From: Euryarchaeota archaeon TMED99
Lineage (GTDB): Archaea > Thermoplasmatota > Poseidoniia > Poseidoniales > Poseidoniaceae
DNA length: 64,000 bases
Assembly: GCA_002170315.2 (NCBI GenBank)
Contig: NHFA02000032.1
Span: 1,958 to 65,957 of the forward strand
Direction: 5' to 3'
The notes under the pieces are model-generated. The model worked only from the letters and a program-made list of their open reading frames with translations, searched no databases and had not been told where the DNA came from. A program made the position numbers and the translations under genes. Of this stretch, positions 54,873-64,000 are shown piece after piece (position 1 is the stretch's first letter; every line of letters begins with the position of its first letter).

Positions 54873-56381
54873 ATGTTGTTGATGTCTACACTTGTTGCTG
54901 ATGCTTTCGCTCATCTCGAAAGTCTACGAAACCCTGCAATTCACCGTGATACTGTCGGCCTCAAAGACTCGGTCATTCGACAATTCTTATCGCACGATGA
55001 GGGTCTTTCATCAGCGATTGCTGAGGCAGTTGCTCGACGAGACACCCTTTCTCAGGAGTTTGGAGAAGAAATGATGTCTCTTCCCGAATCGGAATTGGTC
55101 AAAATCCTTCAATCTGATTACATTAATTTCTATCCACCTGCCACTGTGAATCCATATGTGGCGCTTGCCGCACGTGGCCCTTGGATTATCACGACACATG
55201 GAGCAGTTCTTCACGACAATGGAGGGTATGGTATGCTTGGCAGTGGCCATGGACCCACTGATGTCATCGCAGCAATGTCTGGCAATTGGGTTATGGCGAA
55301 TGTAATGACACCGTCATACAGTCACAAACGCCTTGCCAACCGATTGCAGCGAGAACTTGGCCATACACGTGGCTCCTGCCCATTTACTCGATTTATTTGT
55401 ATGAACAGTGGTTCTGAATCCGTTACCGTCAGTTTACGTATTGCTGATGTCAATGCTCGAAAAATGACTGGTCCAGGCGGCAGGCATGAAGGGAAGGAAA
55501 TCATGCTCATGGCCGTAGAGAAAGCATTCCATGGTCGAACAGACCGTCCTGCGCAAATATCTCACTCATGTAAGCCAGCATATGACAAAAATTTAGCAAC
55601 TTTCAGAGACCGTGAAAACCTCATTCTCGTTCCAGCAAATGATGTTGCAGCACTTGAAGCAGCTTTTGCAAAAGCGGAGGCTGACAACCAATTCATTGAA
55701 TTAATGGCGATTGAACCTGTTCAAGGAGAAGGTAATCCAGGATCGTGCGTGGAGCGTTCGTTTTACGATGCTGCTCGTCGATTAACTTTGGAGCATGGCT
55801 CAATGTTGCTCGTCGATTCAATACAAGCTGGTATTCGAGGCCAGGGTTGTCTTTCTGTCATAGATTACGAAGGTTTCCAGGATGCTGAATGCCCAGATAT
55901 GGAGACGTGGTCAAAAGCACTGAATGCAGGCCAATATCCTCTATCAGTACTTGGTTTGAACGACCGTGCTTCTGAAAATTATGTCGTTGGAATTTATGGC
56001 AATACAATGACGACGAATCCTCGAGCCTTAGAAACAGCATGTGCTGTTCTTGACCTCATCACTCCTGAACTAAGAGAGAATATTCGAGCACGAGGCGTTG
56101 AATTTGTTGAAAAATTGTATTCTCTTGCTGTTGAAATGCCTGGAATCATCACTCAAGTTCAAGGAACTGGATTGTTGTTAAGCGCTGAACTTCAACCAAC
56201 AAAATTCCCAGTGGTGGGCTTTGATGCTGTCGAAACTTGGTGCCGTAAGCATGGCCTAGGCGTAATTCATGGCGGAACGAACGCCCTACGTTTCACTCCT
56301 CACTTTGGTATTACTTCGGCAGAGATTGACCTCATTATCGATGTTGTCCGCGATTCTTTGGAACACTTCGCAAATGCCTAA
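54873..56381 (+). CDS. class III PLP-dependent aminotransferase with a long N-terminal extension
   Basis: Motifs MNSGSESVTVSLRIA, FHGRT, EPVQGEGN, LLVDSIQAGIRGQG and WSKALNAG (lysine position). The catalytic core is preceded by about 110 extra residues. Confidence 0.8.
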   Translation: MLLMSTLVADAFAHLESLRNPAIHRDTVGLKDSVIRQFLSHDEGLSSAIAEAVARRDTLSQEFGEEMMSLPESELVKILQSDYINFYPPATVNPYVALAARGPWIITTHGAVLHDNGGYGMLGSGHGPTDVIAAMSGNWVMANVMTPSYSHKRLANRLQRELGHTRGSCPFTRFICMNSGSESVTVSLRIADVNARKMTGPGGRHEGKEIMLMAVEKAFHGRTDRPAQISHSCKPAYDKNLATFRDRENLILVPANDVAALEAAFAKAEADNQFIELMAIEPVQGEGNPGSCVERSFYDAARRLTLEHGSMLLVDSIQAGIRGQGCLSVIDYEGFQDAECPDMETWSKALNAGQYPLSVLGLNDRASENYVVGIYGNTMTTNPRALETACAVLDLITPELRENIRARGVEFVEKLYSLAVEMPGIITQVQGTGLLLSAELQPTKFPVVGFDAVETWCRKHGLGVIHGGTNALRFTPHFGITSAEIDLIIDVVRDSLEHFANA

Positions 56382-57598
56382 GACAGTGAAGTGACAATAT
56401 CTTCACGGCTAAATTGCTTCGAAGCATAATATGCAGCTAGGCTCGCATAGATGACTGATGAGACTGCCCAAATGATGACGTGCTCCGTAATGACTCGATT
56501 CATTAACAGTTCACGTAATGCAAGCAAGATATTCACGACGGGAATGGCAAACCAAAATCCTTCTATCCCATCCAGATTGATGACTTGAGTAAACAGTGCA
56601 GGGAAGAGGATGAGCATGAGTGCAGGAGCAAGTATCGAGCCTGCTTCTTTGACACTGTGCGAACGCATAGCTAAGGCTAACTCAAAGGCAACAACCATAA
56701 TTGCGAACAGCATAATTGAGAGTACAATGAGCAGTATTGATACGATTGAAAGTTGAGGTACTCCAATGAAACTCGAGGTTGCCAGGTAACCAATTGCAAA
56801 GAGTAATCCAAAGATTTGCAGGAGAACACCTACCCCTGTAATTGTCGCAACAGCAAGCCACTTGCCGAACAAGAGTTCCATTCGCGAACATGGTAAGCAG
56901 AGCAATGCTTCCAATGTGCCTCGTTCACGCTCACCTGCAGTCATGTCAATCGACGGTTGAATCGCACTTGAGTAGGTCCAAATCGCAAGGACGAGCGGTA
57001 TGAAGAGTGATAGAATCATACCTGATTGCTCACCAGATGTAGCAACATCTCCTGCCGAAATTTCCCCATCCCAACGCAAAGGATCGAGTGTCTCATTCAC
57101 ATCGAGTCCACCTTGGTCTATTCTCTCTCTTATCTCAGAATTTTCCCAATCACTCAATACATTGAGTATACGATATCGTGCTTCATTTGAACGCTCTGAA
57201 GTCGAGAGGTGTAGAATCGCATAATTCCAAATATCTTCATTCGATTCAAACCTCAAAACCGCATCGGTTGAACTGTTTCGTACACGGTCAAGATCTTGTC
57301 CAGGAACAGCGAGAGATGAGGTTTCAGGAAGTTCCTCAATTGAATAATTCATACCGCTGAGGGAAATGTTCTCGGCCAGATTCTCTGGCAAACCATCGGT
57401 TTGAATGATGATTGATAATTCAAGAGCATCAAGTTCGGCAGCCTCAGATTCAAGCAATACAGGGAATAAAATGAACAGTAAAGGGAACATAAGCAATGGA
57501 ATAACAATTATTGCGATAATCGTTCTCCAATCTCGAGTGAATTCTACCACCTCCTTCTTCGCAATTGAACGCACTCTGCGAAAACTTCCTTCACTCAC
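56378..57598 (-). CDS. ABC-2 type transporter permease (NatB-like)
   Basis: 406 aa. One N-terminal TM helix is followed by a large extracytoplasmic loop and 5 C-terminal TM helices. The GTG start overlaps the ATPase stop by 8 nt. Confidence 0.7.
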   Translation of the reverse strand: MSEGSFRRVRSIAKKEVVEFTRDWRTIIAIIVIPLLMFPLLFILFPVLLESEAAELDALELSIIIQTDGLPENLAENISLSGMNYSIEELPETSSLAVPGQDLDRVRNSSTDAVLRFESNEDIWNYAILHLSTSERSNEARYRILNVLSDWENSEIRERIDQGGLDVNETLDPLRWDGEISAGDVATSGEQSGMILSLFIPLVLAIWTYSSAIQPSIDMTAGERERGTLEALLCLPCSRMELLFGKWLAVATITGVGVLLQIFGLLFAIGYLATSSFIGVPQLSIVSILLIVLSIMLFAIMVVAFELALAMRSHSVKEAGSILAPALMLILFPALFTQVINLDGIEGFWFAIPVVNILLALRELLMNRVITEHVIIWAVSSVIYASLAAYYASKQFSREDIVTSLS

Positions 57599-58436
57599 TC
57601 TCCATCACCTCTTGGGTCGTTGACGGCGTTTTTGGCGTAAACAATCGACGCCACCATCCAGTGAATGCACTCTCTTTTGTGTTGTCTTCTTTTCTTGTCC
57701 TTGCTTGGTCTAAGGTAAGGGAAACGTATGCTTCTTCAAGGGAATCAGTTTCAGTGTCTTGCAATAATTGTTGGGGTGAACCGTCGGCTCGAATTTCACC
57801 ATTATGGATGATGACAATTCGGTCACAAACCTGTTGGGCTTCTGCTAATTGATGGGTTGAATAAATGACAGTTCCACCCTCATCACGCAATTGGCGAACA
57901 AGTGCACGAACGGTCCTCGCACTTGTTATATCGAGACCAGCAGTTGGTTCATCGAGAAGGAGAATATTCGGCCCGTGTGCCAATGCTCTTAGCAAGGCTG
58001 TCTTTTGTTTCATGCCTCTTGAAAATCCCTTTGTATGGCGTCCTAAACTATCCTTCATGTCAAGATGTTGAGCGAATTTTTCAGTTCTCGCCCATGCAAT
58101 TGAATCCTTCACTCCATGCATTCTGCTGTGATAGCGTATGTTCTCCCAAGCAGTCAATCTTGAATAGAGACCGGTTGATTCAGGAACGACACCTAATTCA
58201 TGACGCATATTCATTACTGGTTCGCCGTTACTAAGAACCACTGTTCCACTTGAGGGTTTATACACGCCTGCCATAAGTCGCAGCAGAGTGGTTTTACCTG
58301 CACCATTGCTTCCGACCAAACCAACAATCTCTCCAGAATATATTTCTAGACTGATCTTTTGAAGAGCTTCTACTTCAGCGAAGTTTTTGGTTACATCACG
58401 AATCGATAAAAGTGATTTCGCCATACAATCCCTCAT
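57591..58436 (-). CDS. ABC transporter ATP-binding protein
   Basis: Walker A is GSNGAGKTT, the signature region is FSRGMKQK and Walker B is LLLDEPTAGLD. There is a ~50-aa C-terminal extension. The start has an ATGA overlap with the epimerase stop. Confidence 0.9.
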   Translation of the reverse strand: MRDCMAKSLLSIRDVTKNFAEVEALQKISLEIYSGEIVGLVGSNGAGKTTLLRLMAGVYKPSSGTVVLSNGEPVMNMRHELGVVPESTGLYSRLTAWENIRYHSRMHGVKDSIAWARTEKFAQHLDMKDSLGRHTKGFSRGMKQKTALLRALAHGPNILLLDEPTAGLDITSARTVRALVRQLRDEGGTVIYSTHQLAEAQQVCDRIVIIHNGEIRADGSPQQLLQDTETDSLEEAYVSLTLDQARTRKEDNTKESAFTGWWRRLFTPKTPSTTQEVMESE

Positions 58437-58867
58437 GCTGTCGATTGAGTAAGTTCAACTAAAACTCCGCCAGTTGACTTTGGGTGGACAAATGCAATCA
58501 TCTTACCCCCAGCCCCTCTTCTTGGCACCTCATCAATCATTTGAATTTCATTTTCTAGAAGATACGCGATGAGACCTTCAAGGTCACCGACTCTGAAGCA
58601 CAGTTGCTGGATTCCAACACCTCTTTTCAAAATGAATTTCCCAATTGGTGTATCTGAAGAAGTTGGTTCAAGTAATTCAATTTGAACAGGATGTTCGTGT
58701 TCATTCGAAGCAGATGTCGAGAAAAAGCGAGTCGTTACTCCTTGGTCTTCAACCAATTCGTCATCCTTATTCTCAATGAGTCCAAGAAGTCTCCAAAAGT
58801 GGCTGCCCTGTTCAAGCTCATCGACAGCGATTCCAATGTGATCAACGTGTATTGGTCCAAATTTCAT
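58433..58867 (-). CDS. methylmalonyl-CoA epimerase (VOC/glyoxalase fold)
   Basis: Motifs HVDHIGIAV, IELLEP and IAFVHPKSTGGVLVEL. Confidence 0.85.
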   Translation of the reverse strand: MKFGPIHVDHIGIAVDELEQGSHFWRLLGLIENKDDELVEDQGVTTRFFSTSASNEHEHPVQIELLEPTSSDTPIGKFILKRGVGIQQLCFRVGDLEGLIAYLLENEIQMIDEVPRRGAGGKMIAFVHPKSTGGVLVELTQSTA

Positions 58868-58876
58868 GTATCCACC

Positions 58877-60520
58877 TCAAAATCCACTTGGCGCCATCCA
58901 TGTGCCAAAGACATCTTTCATAGCTGTAATTATTTCTCCAAGAGTACAGTCCATCCGAACTGCATTCAACACATGCGGGAATAAATTATCCTCACTTGCA
59001 GCAGCCACTCGAATGGCTTCAAGACAAGCATCAACTGCTTCTCCATCTCTCTTCTTTCGCAACTCTGCGAGTCGCATGCATTGTTCATCTCCCACCGAAG
59101 GATCGAGTTTGAGAACTTCAGTCTCTGTTTCTTCATCCATAAGGCCATGGTTGACACCGACTATTTTTCTCTTCTCGGCTTCAACGTCGTTCAAATGTTG
59201 GTATGCAGCATTATGGATTTCACGTTGCTGCCAGCCCTGTTCGATTGCTTTCATTGAACCCCCGAGAGATTCAATTTTGTTGATTTGTTCGAGCGCCATA
59301 TCATGGATTCTTTTGGTTAATGCTTCGACGTGGTATGAACCGCCTAAGGGGTCAACTACATCTGCAACACCACTCTCTTCAGCAATGATCTGTTGAGTCC
59401 TTAATGCCACAGTTGCCGATTTCTCTGTAGGCAAACCGAGAGCTTCGTCATAGGAATTGGTGTGTAAACTCTGAGTGCCTCCGCATACTGCAGCGAGTGC
59501 TTGAATGGTCACTCGTGCGATGTTGTTCAAGGGTTGCTGGGCAGTCAAACTCACCCCGGCAACTTGAGTATGGAATCGAAGCATCGAGGATTTGGGGTTA
59601 CTCGGATTGTATCGTGATGTAACCAACTCATACCACAATGTTCGGGCTGCTCTAAATTTCGCTGCTTCTTCAAAAAAATCATTATGGCAATTAAAGAAAA
59701 ACGACAATCGAGGGGCAAATGAATCAATGTCAAGGCCTTTTTCAATGGCTGCTTCGACATATGCAAGAGCGTTAGCGAGCGTGAAAGCAACCTCTTGAAC
59801 AGCGGTTGAACCAGCCTCGCGAATGTGATAGCCAGAGATTGATATCGTGTTCCACTTTGGCACATTCGCTGCACAGTATTCGAAAATATCAGTAATCAAA
59901 CGCATGCTAGGCTCGGGAGGGAACACATATGTTCCACGTGCGATATATTCCTTTAATATGTCATTTTGAATGGTACCGAGAACTTCATGCGAGGAAACCC
60001 CCTGTTCTTCTGCAACGGCGATATACATGGCCAGAAGAACCATTGCTGGAGCATTAATTGTCATCGAAGTACTGACTTTATCCAATGGAATACCAGCAAG
60101 AAGTTGCCTCATGTCATCAAGCATTGAAATGGAGACACCAACTTTTCCAACCTCGCCAAGAGACATCTCGTCATCAGCGTCAAGGCCTAACTGAGTCGGC
60201 AGGTCAAAGGCTACAGAGAGTCCTTTTTGTCCTCTTTCAAGTAGCAATTTGAATCGCTCATTTGTAGCCTTGGCACTTGAAAAACCGGCATATTGTCGCA
60301 TTGTCCACAAACGTGAGCGATACATCGTAGAGTGAATTCCGCGAGTGTATGGTGGCTTCCCAGCATCACCATTATGAGAAGGATCTGCGCCAATACCTTC
60401 AAGAGTTGCTGGTGTGCTTTGTAGGTCCAAATCAAGACCACTCAAGGTCTTCCATTCTTCCTTACGCTGACTGACCATGTACCCTCCATGCAGAGGGGCT
60501 TCATCAAGACTCCCACGCAT
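58877..60520 (-). CDS. methylmalonyl-CoA mutase, large (catalytic, N-terminal domain) subunit
   Basis: Motifs PYTRGIHSTMYRSRLWTMRQYAGFSSAKATNERFKLLLERGQKGLSVAFDLPTQ and GTIQNDILKEY. No B12-binding domain is seen in this ORF or adjacent to it. Confidence 0.9.
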   Translation of the reverse strand: MRGSLDEAPLHGGYMVSQRKEEWKTLSGLDLDLQSTPATLEGIGADPSHNGDAGKPPYTRGIHSTMYRSRLWTMRQYAGFSSAKATNERFKLLLERGQKGLSVAFDLPTQLGLDADDEMSLGEVGKVGVSISMLDDMRQLLAGIPLDKVSTSMTINAPAMVLLAMYIAVAEEQGVSSHEVLGTIQNDILKEYIARGTYVFPPEPSMRLITDIFEYCAANVPKWNTISISGYHIREAGSTAVQEVAFTLANALAYVEAAIEKGLDIDSFAPRLSFFFNCHNDFFEEAAKFRAARTLWYELVTSRYNPSNPKSSMLRFHTQVAGVSLTAQQPLNNIARVTIQALAAVCGGTQSLHTNSYDEALGLPTEKSATVALRTQQIIAEESGVADVVDPLGGSYHVEALTKRIHDMALEQINKIESLGGSMKAIEQGWQQREIHNAAYQHLNDVEAEKRKIVGVNHGLMDEETETEVLKLDPSVGDEQCMRLAELRKKRDGEAVDACLEAIRVAAASEDNLFPHVLNAVRMDCTLGEIITAMKDVFGTWMAPSGF

Positions 60521-61026
60521 CAGTGGTCTTCTGTTCCATCTGGGCCGTGTGCATGCCCATGTGATGTTTCGTCATCGGTTGCCTGGCGCAATGCGATGAT
60601 TTCAACTGCAAAGGTGAGTGATTTACCTGCAAGGGTGTGATTGAAATCAGCAGTAATAAATTCGTCACTGAGTTCAGTAATGGTAAAGGGGGAAGGTCCG
60701 TGAGGCATTTGTGCAACCAACTGCATACCTGCTTCAAGGGATGCTTCTGCTTCCAATTGTGCAAATTGTGCACGTGGAATTTGTAATACTCCTGTCTCGT
60801 CTCTGTCTCCATAGGCACGCTCTGCAGTTAAGGTGAATTCTCGCTTTTCACCAACTTTTGCTCCGAGAATTTCTTCTTCAAAACCTGGAATCATTTGTTT
60901 GTGGCCAACAAGGAATGTGAGGGGTTCCCTTCCTTCACTGCTGTCAAATACTTCTCCATTGTCTGGAAGTGTTCCGGTATAGTGTACGCTTGCTACTGTA
61001 TCTTTGCTAACTGTTATTTCTGCCAT
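60520..61026 (-). CDS. slyD: FKBP-type peptidyl-prolyl isomerase, SlyD-like, with a His-rich tail
   Basis: Motifs VHYTGTL.DGEVFDSS and PLTFLVGHKQMIPGFEEEILG. An IF-insert region is present. The C-terminus reads SHGHAHGPDGTEDH. Confidence 0.85.
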   Translation of the reverse strand: MAEITVSKDTVASVHYTGTLPDNGEVFDSSEGREPLTFLVGHKQMIPGFEEEILGAKVGEKREFTLTAERAYGDRDETGVLQIPRAQFAQLEAEASLEAGMQLVAQMPHGPSPFTITELSDEFITADFNHTLAGKSLTFAVEIIALRQATDDETSHGHAHGPDGTEDH

Positions 61027-61030
61027 TGTT

Positions 61031-61930
61031 TCACCTTCGTGTTGTCATCCGAGAAACCAAATCTCTTAATTTATCAGCGATTTCTCTCGGAAGTATTTCC
61101 TCTTCTACTTTGAGTTCGATGAATTCCAGGGCATCGCTGACACCCATTCTTTCACCTTTTGCCCATACTTGTCCGAGTACATTCGATCGATGTTCGAGAG
61201 CAATCGAATCATCATCAAGAAGGTCGCGGGCAGCATATTTGTATTCGAGATATTTTTGTCGGTTAAGTTTCTTTTCTTGCTTTTGGCGACCGCCGCCTTT
61301 CTTATCACCGCGACGTCTTTTTCGACGGCGGTCTGAGGAGGGTTTTGCAACCTCGGTTTGAATGGTTTTGAAAACATCATTTCTTGATTTCTCAGCTTTT
61401 TTACTGGCAGCAGGTGGCGCAGCTTCTTCTAATTCAGCGACACCTTGATCTGCAGATACAAATTCAATGACGGGTTCAGCCTCAACGACTTGAATTTCGG
61501 GTTGAACTTGAATATTATCGCTGCGTTGGGCCTTTGCATTCCTCCGCGACTCTTCTGATTTGCGTCGCAACTCGGCCATTCGGTCTTCTCGTGATGCCTT
61601 TGGAGCAGACACTTCAGCCTTCTCAACAGAATTGGTAAATGTGGGTTCTGCAACTGTTTCAATTGGTTTTTGAACATCTTTAGCAGCAGGTTTTGCATCC
61701 TGAGTGCCGAGACGGTTCAACGCTTCTTGCCGGCGTTTCGCCAGTTCATTATGAGCGGTTTTTGTATCTTGTTGAGGCCGAGGTGTAGGTCGTTGAGCAG
61801 GAGCATTGCGGCGTTGATTTTGAGAACGTTCACTCATACGCTTATTCCGTTGTGCACTTGCATCACGGGCAAAGGGGTTGAATGGTTCATCTTTTTTACG
61901 CCGCTCGCCGCTAATGTTCAGTTCCCCCAA
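61031..61930 (-). CDS. highly charged, mostly disordered protein with a compact ~80-aa C-terminal domain
   Basis: 299 aa if the TTG at 61930 is used (the next ATG is at 61837). About 220 residues are rich in K/R/E/Q/A/P. The sequence then reads RRRKRRRGDKKGGGRQKQEKK and ends in a hydrophobic-patterned helical domain (YLEYKYAARDLL..VLGQVWAKGERMGVSDALEFIELKV..). No family is recognised. Confidence 0.5.
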   Translation of the reverse strand: MGELNISGERRKKDEPFNPFARDASAQRNKRMSERSQNQRRNAPAQRPTPRPQQDTKTAHNELAKRRQEALNRLGTQDAKPAAKDVQKPIETVAEPTFTNSVEKAEVSAPKASREDRMAELRRKSEESRRNAKAQRSDNIQVQPEIQVVEAEPVIEFVSADQGVAELEEAAPPAASKKAEKSRNDVFKTIQTEVAKPSSDRRRKRRRGDKKGGGRQKQEKKLNRQKYLEYKYAARDLLDDDSIALEHRSNVLGQVWAKGERMGVSDALEFIELKVEEEILPREIADKLRDLVSRMTTRR

Positions 61931-61979
61931 ACTCTTCTCGACATTGACTCCTTAAAAACAATTAGCGTTTAATCGAAGA

Positions 61980-62993
61980 CTAAACGGCCCATGTCACCTG
62001 AGTTTGGTCAGTACGGAGGTATTGGTCAATAGCGCTTTCTTGAAGTGTCGTAATCCTTCCTTCCTCGAGTTCAATATAGCCAAGAAGAGCAATCATTGTT
62101 CCGTTATCTATGCAATACATACGCGGAGGTGCATGAGATGTGGATTCCCTTTCTTCTGCCATCTGTTCACACATTGTGCGAAGTCTAGTGTTACAAGCAA
62201 CGCCACCTCCGAGAAGAAGTTCCTTTTTCCCAGTATGTGAAAGGGCGCGTTCAGCAATTTCAACGCACGCAGCAAATGCATGCTCTTGCAATGACCAGCA
62301 AACAGCACCGAGGTCAGCACCATTGTCGATTAGCCTTTGAGCAGCAGTCATGACACCCGAAAACGCAAGATCCATTCCTCGGACTGCGAATGGCAATTCG
62401 AGCCCATCAAGAGACGGGTTCTCCTGGCTTTCAAGCCATTCTGCTGCCAATTTTTCAATGACAGGTCCACCAGGAAAAGGAATACCCTGCGCTCGAGCGA
62501 ATTTATCAAGCATATTTCCAATTCCAATATCGAGTGTTTCACCGAGAACTCGATAACGCCCCTCGAGGTGAGCGATGACCTGTGTATTCCCGCCTGAAAC
62601 ATAAAGCAAAACCGGATCTTTACATCCACATTGTTGTCTTCCAATTTCAATATGTGCGACACAGTGATTGACACCAATCAGTGGAACATCTAAGCGACTT
62701 GAAATGCCACGTGCAATTGCTGCTCCAACACGCAAACATGGACCCAATCCAGGCCCTTGGGAATAAGCGACAGCACCAATGTCACGAGGAGACAAATCAT
62801 ATTTTTCCAGGACTGAAGTAAAGAGAGAATTGGCAATATCCTTGTGGTGGTCCGCAGCTTCTCGAGGGTGAATGCCACCTTTGTCTGGGCGGACAGTATC
62901 GGATGAAGCTGGGTGAGGAATCCCCATTCCATCAACCAAACCAAACGAAAGCGTGTGGGCTGTCGATTCAATACCAAGCGTCCAAAGAGTCAT
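61980..62993 (-). CDS. kae1: tRNA N6-adenosine threonylcarbamoyltransferase Kae1 (KEOPS catalytic subunit)
   Basis: The ATG at 62993 gives MTLWTLGIESTAHTLSFGLV. Other motifs are GIHPREAADHH, AYSQGPGLGPCLRVG, VNHCVAHIEIG and LLLGGGVACN. It is not fused to Bud32. Confidence 0.9.
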   Translation of the reverse strand: MTLWTLGIESTAHTLSFGLVDGMGIPHPASSDTVRPDKGGIHPREAADHHKDIANSLFTSVLEKYDLSPRDIGAVAYSQGPGLGPCLRVGAAIARGISSRLDVPLIGVNHCVAHIEIGRQQCGCKDPVLLYVSGGNTQVIAHLEGRYRVLGETLDIGIGNMLDKFARAQGIPFPGGPVIEKLAAEWLESQENPSLDGLELPFAVRGMDLAFSGVMTAAQRLIDNGADLGAVCWSLQEHAFAACVEIAERALSHTGKKELLLGGGVACNTRLRTMCEQMAEERESTSHAPPRMYCIDNGTMIALLGYIELEEGRITTLQESAIDQYLRTDQTQVTWAV

Positions 62994-63051
62994 CTCAATC
63001 AGTTCACCCAGAGAGCCATTGTTCTTCAACCCTCAGCATACAGCAGAATAC

Positions 63052-64000
63052 ATGCGCACCGTTTATGTCGATGCTGGGCCGATGGCTCATCTCTCTGGCA
63101 AAGGGCCACTCAAAGGGCATTCACTGCTCGATGCAGAAGCGCTCGTTTCACCAAAAGGTATGGGCCTTGTCGTATTCGAAGAGAGAATAGAAGCGATATC
63201 TCATTCGGAAGAATTAATTGCAGAATATGGAGCTCCAAACGACCAATTGTCCTCTGATTCCGAGATCAAAGTCATATCATTGAACGGGAATGCCATAATT
63301 CCTGGTTTAGTCGATTCACACACGCATTTGCTGTGGGCTGGCGATCGTTCGCGAGAACTTTCATGGCGGCACAGCGGAAAATCGTATAGAGAAATCTCGG
63401 AAATGGGCGGCGGTATTCAAGATACCGTCCGAGCCACTGCAGCAGCATCAGATGAAGAATTGCTCAAACTTGGATACTCGCGTATGCGGAGCGCTTTGCG
63501 AACTGGAACGACTCATATGGAGGTCAAAAGTGGCTACGGACTCACTACAGAATCTGAATTAAGATTGATTGAGATTGCATCTCAGTTGAAAGGAATGGAA
63601 CATTTGCCATCGATGGACTTGACATGGCTCGGGGCGCATGATACTCCTCACGGTATGAATACCGAGCAATATGTCGAGCAAATTCTTTCAGAACAATTGC
63701 CGAAAGTGATAGAGCAAGGTCATGCACGTTCTGCCGACGTATTCTGTGAACCTGGCTGGTTCAATGTTGAACAATCCGAAGACATTCTGAAGTCATCTCG
63801 AGATGGTGGGCTTGATTTACGAATACATATTGATGAGTTCGTCGATGGAGGTGGTGGTGAATTGGCAGCTGAATTGAACGTTACCACTGCTGACCATGCA
63901 TTCCACAGCAGCGCTGATGCGAGAAGAAAAATGGATGCCGCCCAAGTGAATACTGGTTTTTTGCCTGGAACGCCTTATGCACTGGGTACAGAATGGCCTG
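63052..64000 (+). CDS. hutI: imidazolonepropionase (amidohydrolase superfamily), 3'-truncated by window edge
   Basis: Not in the ORF track because no stop lies within the window. Frame 1 from the ATG at 63052 gives MRTVYVDAGPM..IIPGLVDSHTHLLWAGDRS.E......SY.EI...GGGI..TV.AT, followed by TTHMEVKSGYGL, WLGAHD, DVFCE and RIHIDEF. Confidence 0.85.
   Translation, partial: MRTVYVDAGPMAHLSGKGPLKGHSLLDAEALVSPKGMGLVVFEERIEAISHSEELIAEYGAPNDQLSSDSEIKVISLNGNAIIPGLVDSHTHLLWAGDRSRELSWRHSGKSYREISEMGGGIQDTVRATAAASDEELLKLGYSRMRSALRTGTTHMEVKSGYGLTTESELRLIEIASQLKGMEHLPSMDLTWLGAHDTPHGMNTEQYVEQILSEQLPKVIEQGHARSADVFCEPGWFNVEQSEDILKSSRDGGLDLRIHIDEFVDGGGGELAAELNVTTADHAFHSSADARRKMDAAQVNTGFLPGTPYALGTEWP

Noticed and set aside
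1-64000. CRISPR arrays, tRNA or rRNA genes, transposases, integrases, prophage or toxin-antitoxin modules
   Set aside because: No regularly spaced direct repeats were seen. Apart from the SRP RNA locus, every intergenic gap is shorter than about 170 nt and none shows cloverleaf potential by eye. No ORF carries DDE, tyrosine-recombinase or phage structural signatures. The single RHH gene has no toxin partner and heads a biosynthetic operon.

Overview
This is a very gene-dense chromosomal fragment of about 60 genes. Intergenic space is almost absent, many neighbouring genes overlap by 1-8 nt at start/stop, and several convergent gene ends abut or overlap.

Archaeal hallmarks are directly visible: ribosomal proteins eS19, eL39, eL31 and eS17, Kae1, archease, tRNA-splicing endonuclease, geranylgeranyl reductase and an archaeal-type SRP (7S) RNA. 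The window also holds several very large secreted or anchored proteins built from thrombospondin-type-3 Ca-binding repeats and PKD/CARDB-like modules, plus surface peptidases. By inference only, this suggests a streamlined marine heterotrophic archaeon of the Thermoplasmatota/Poseidoniales (MG-II) kind.

Housekeeping content:
- Central metabolism: alanine aminotransferase, SHMT, PepP, an MqnC/MqnE-type radical SAM enzyme, PyrD, the PntAA/AB/B transhydrogenase and malate dehydrogenase.
- Fe-S, redox and DNA-related functions: YgfZ and IscA, an FMN reductase, an FGE-fold protein, an ArsC-family protein and a type IA topoisomerase.
- Other blocks: a folE-queE-queC-queD preQ0 operon, a methylmalonyl-CoA mutase/epimerase pair coupled to an ABC-2 exporter, SlyD and a truncated HutI.

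I saw no CRISPR array, transposase, integrase, rRNA or tRNA.

The observations I consider most unusual are:
- A QueC-MsrB fusion whose QueC zinc-site cysteines are all missing. It sits in a tightly coupled preQ0 operon headed by an unlisted 54-aa ribbon-helix-helix gene.
- An archaeal TSP3-repeat lipoprotein ending in a PNGase F-like domain.
- An orphan CcmE with the variant CxxxY motif.
- A TatC with a roughly 190-aa C-terminal extension.
- A wHTH/TerB-repeat regulator, degenerate PfkB kinase and archease operon lying divergent from endA.
- A PqqD-like gene trailing a large surface-protein operon.

None of these can be called a new system from sequence reading alone. All family calls come from motif recognition by eye, with no database search.
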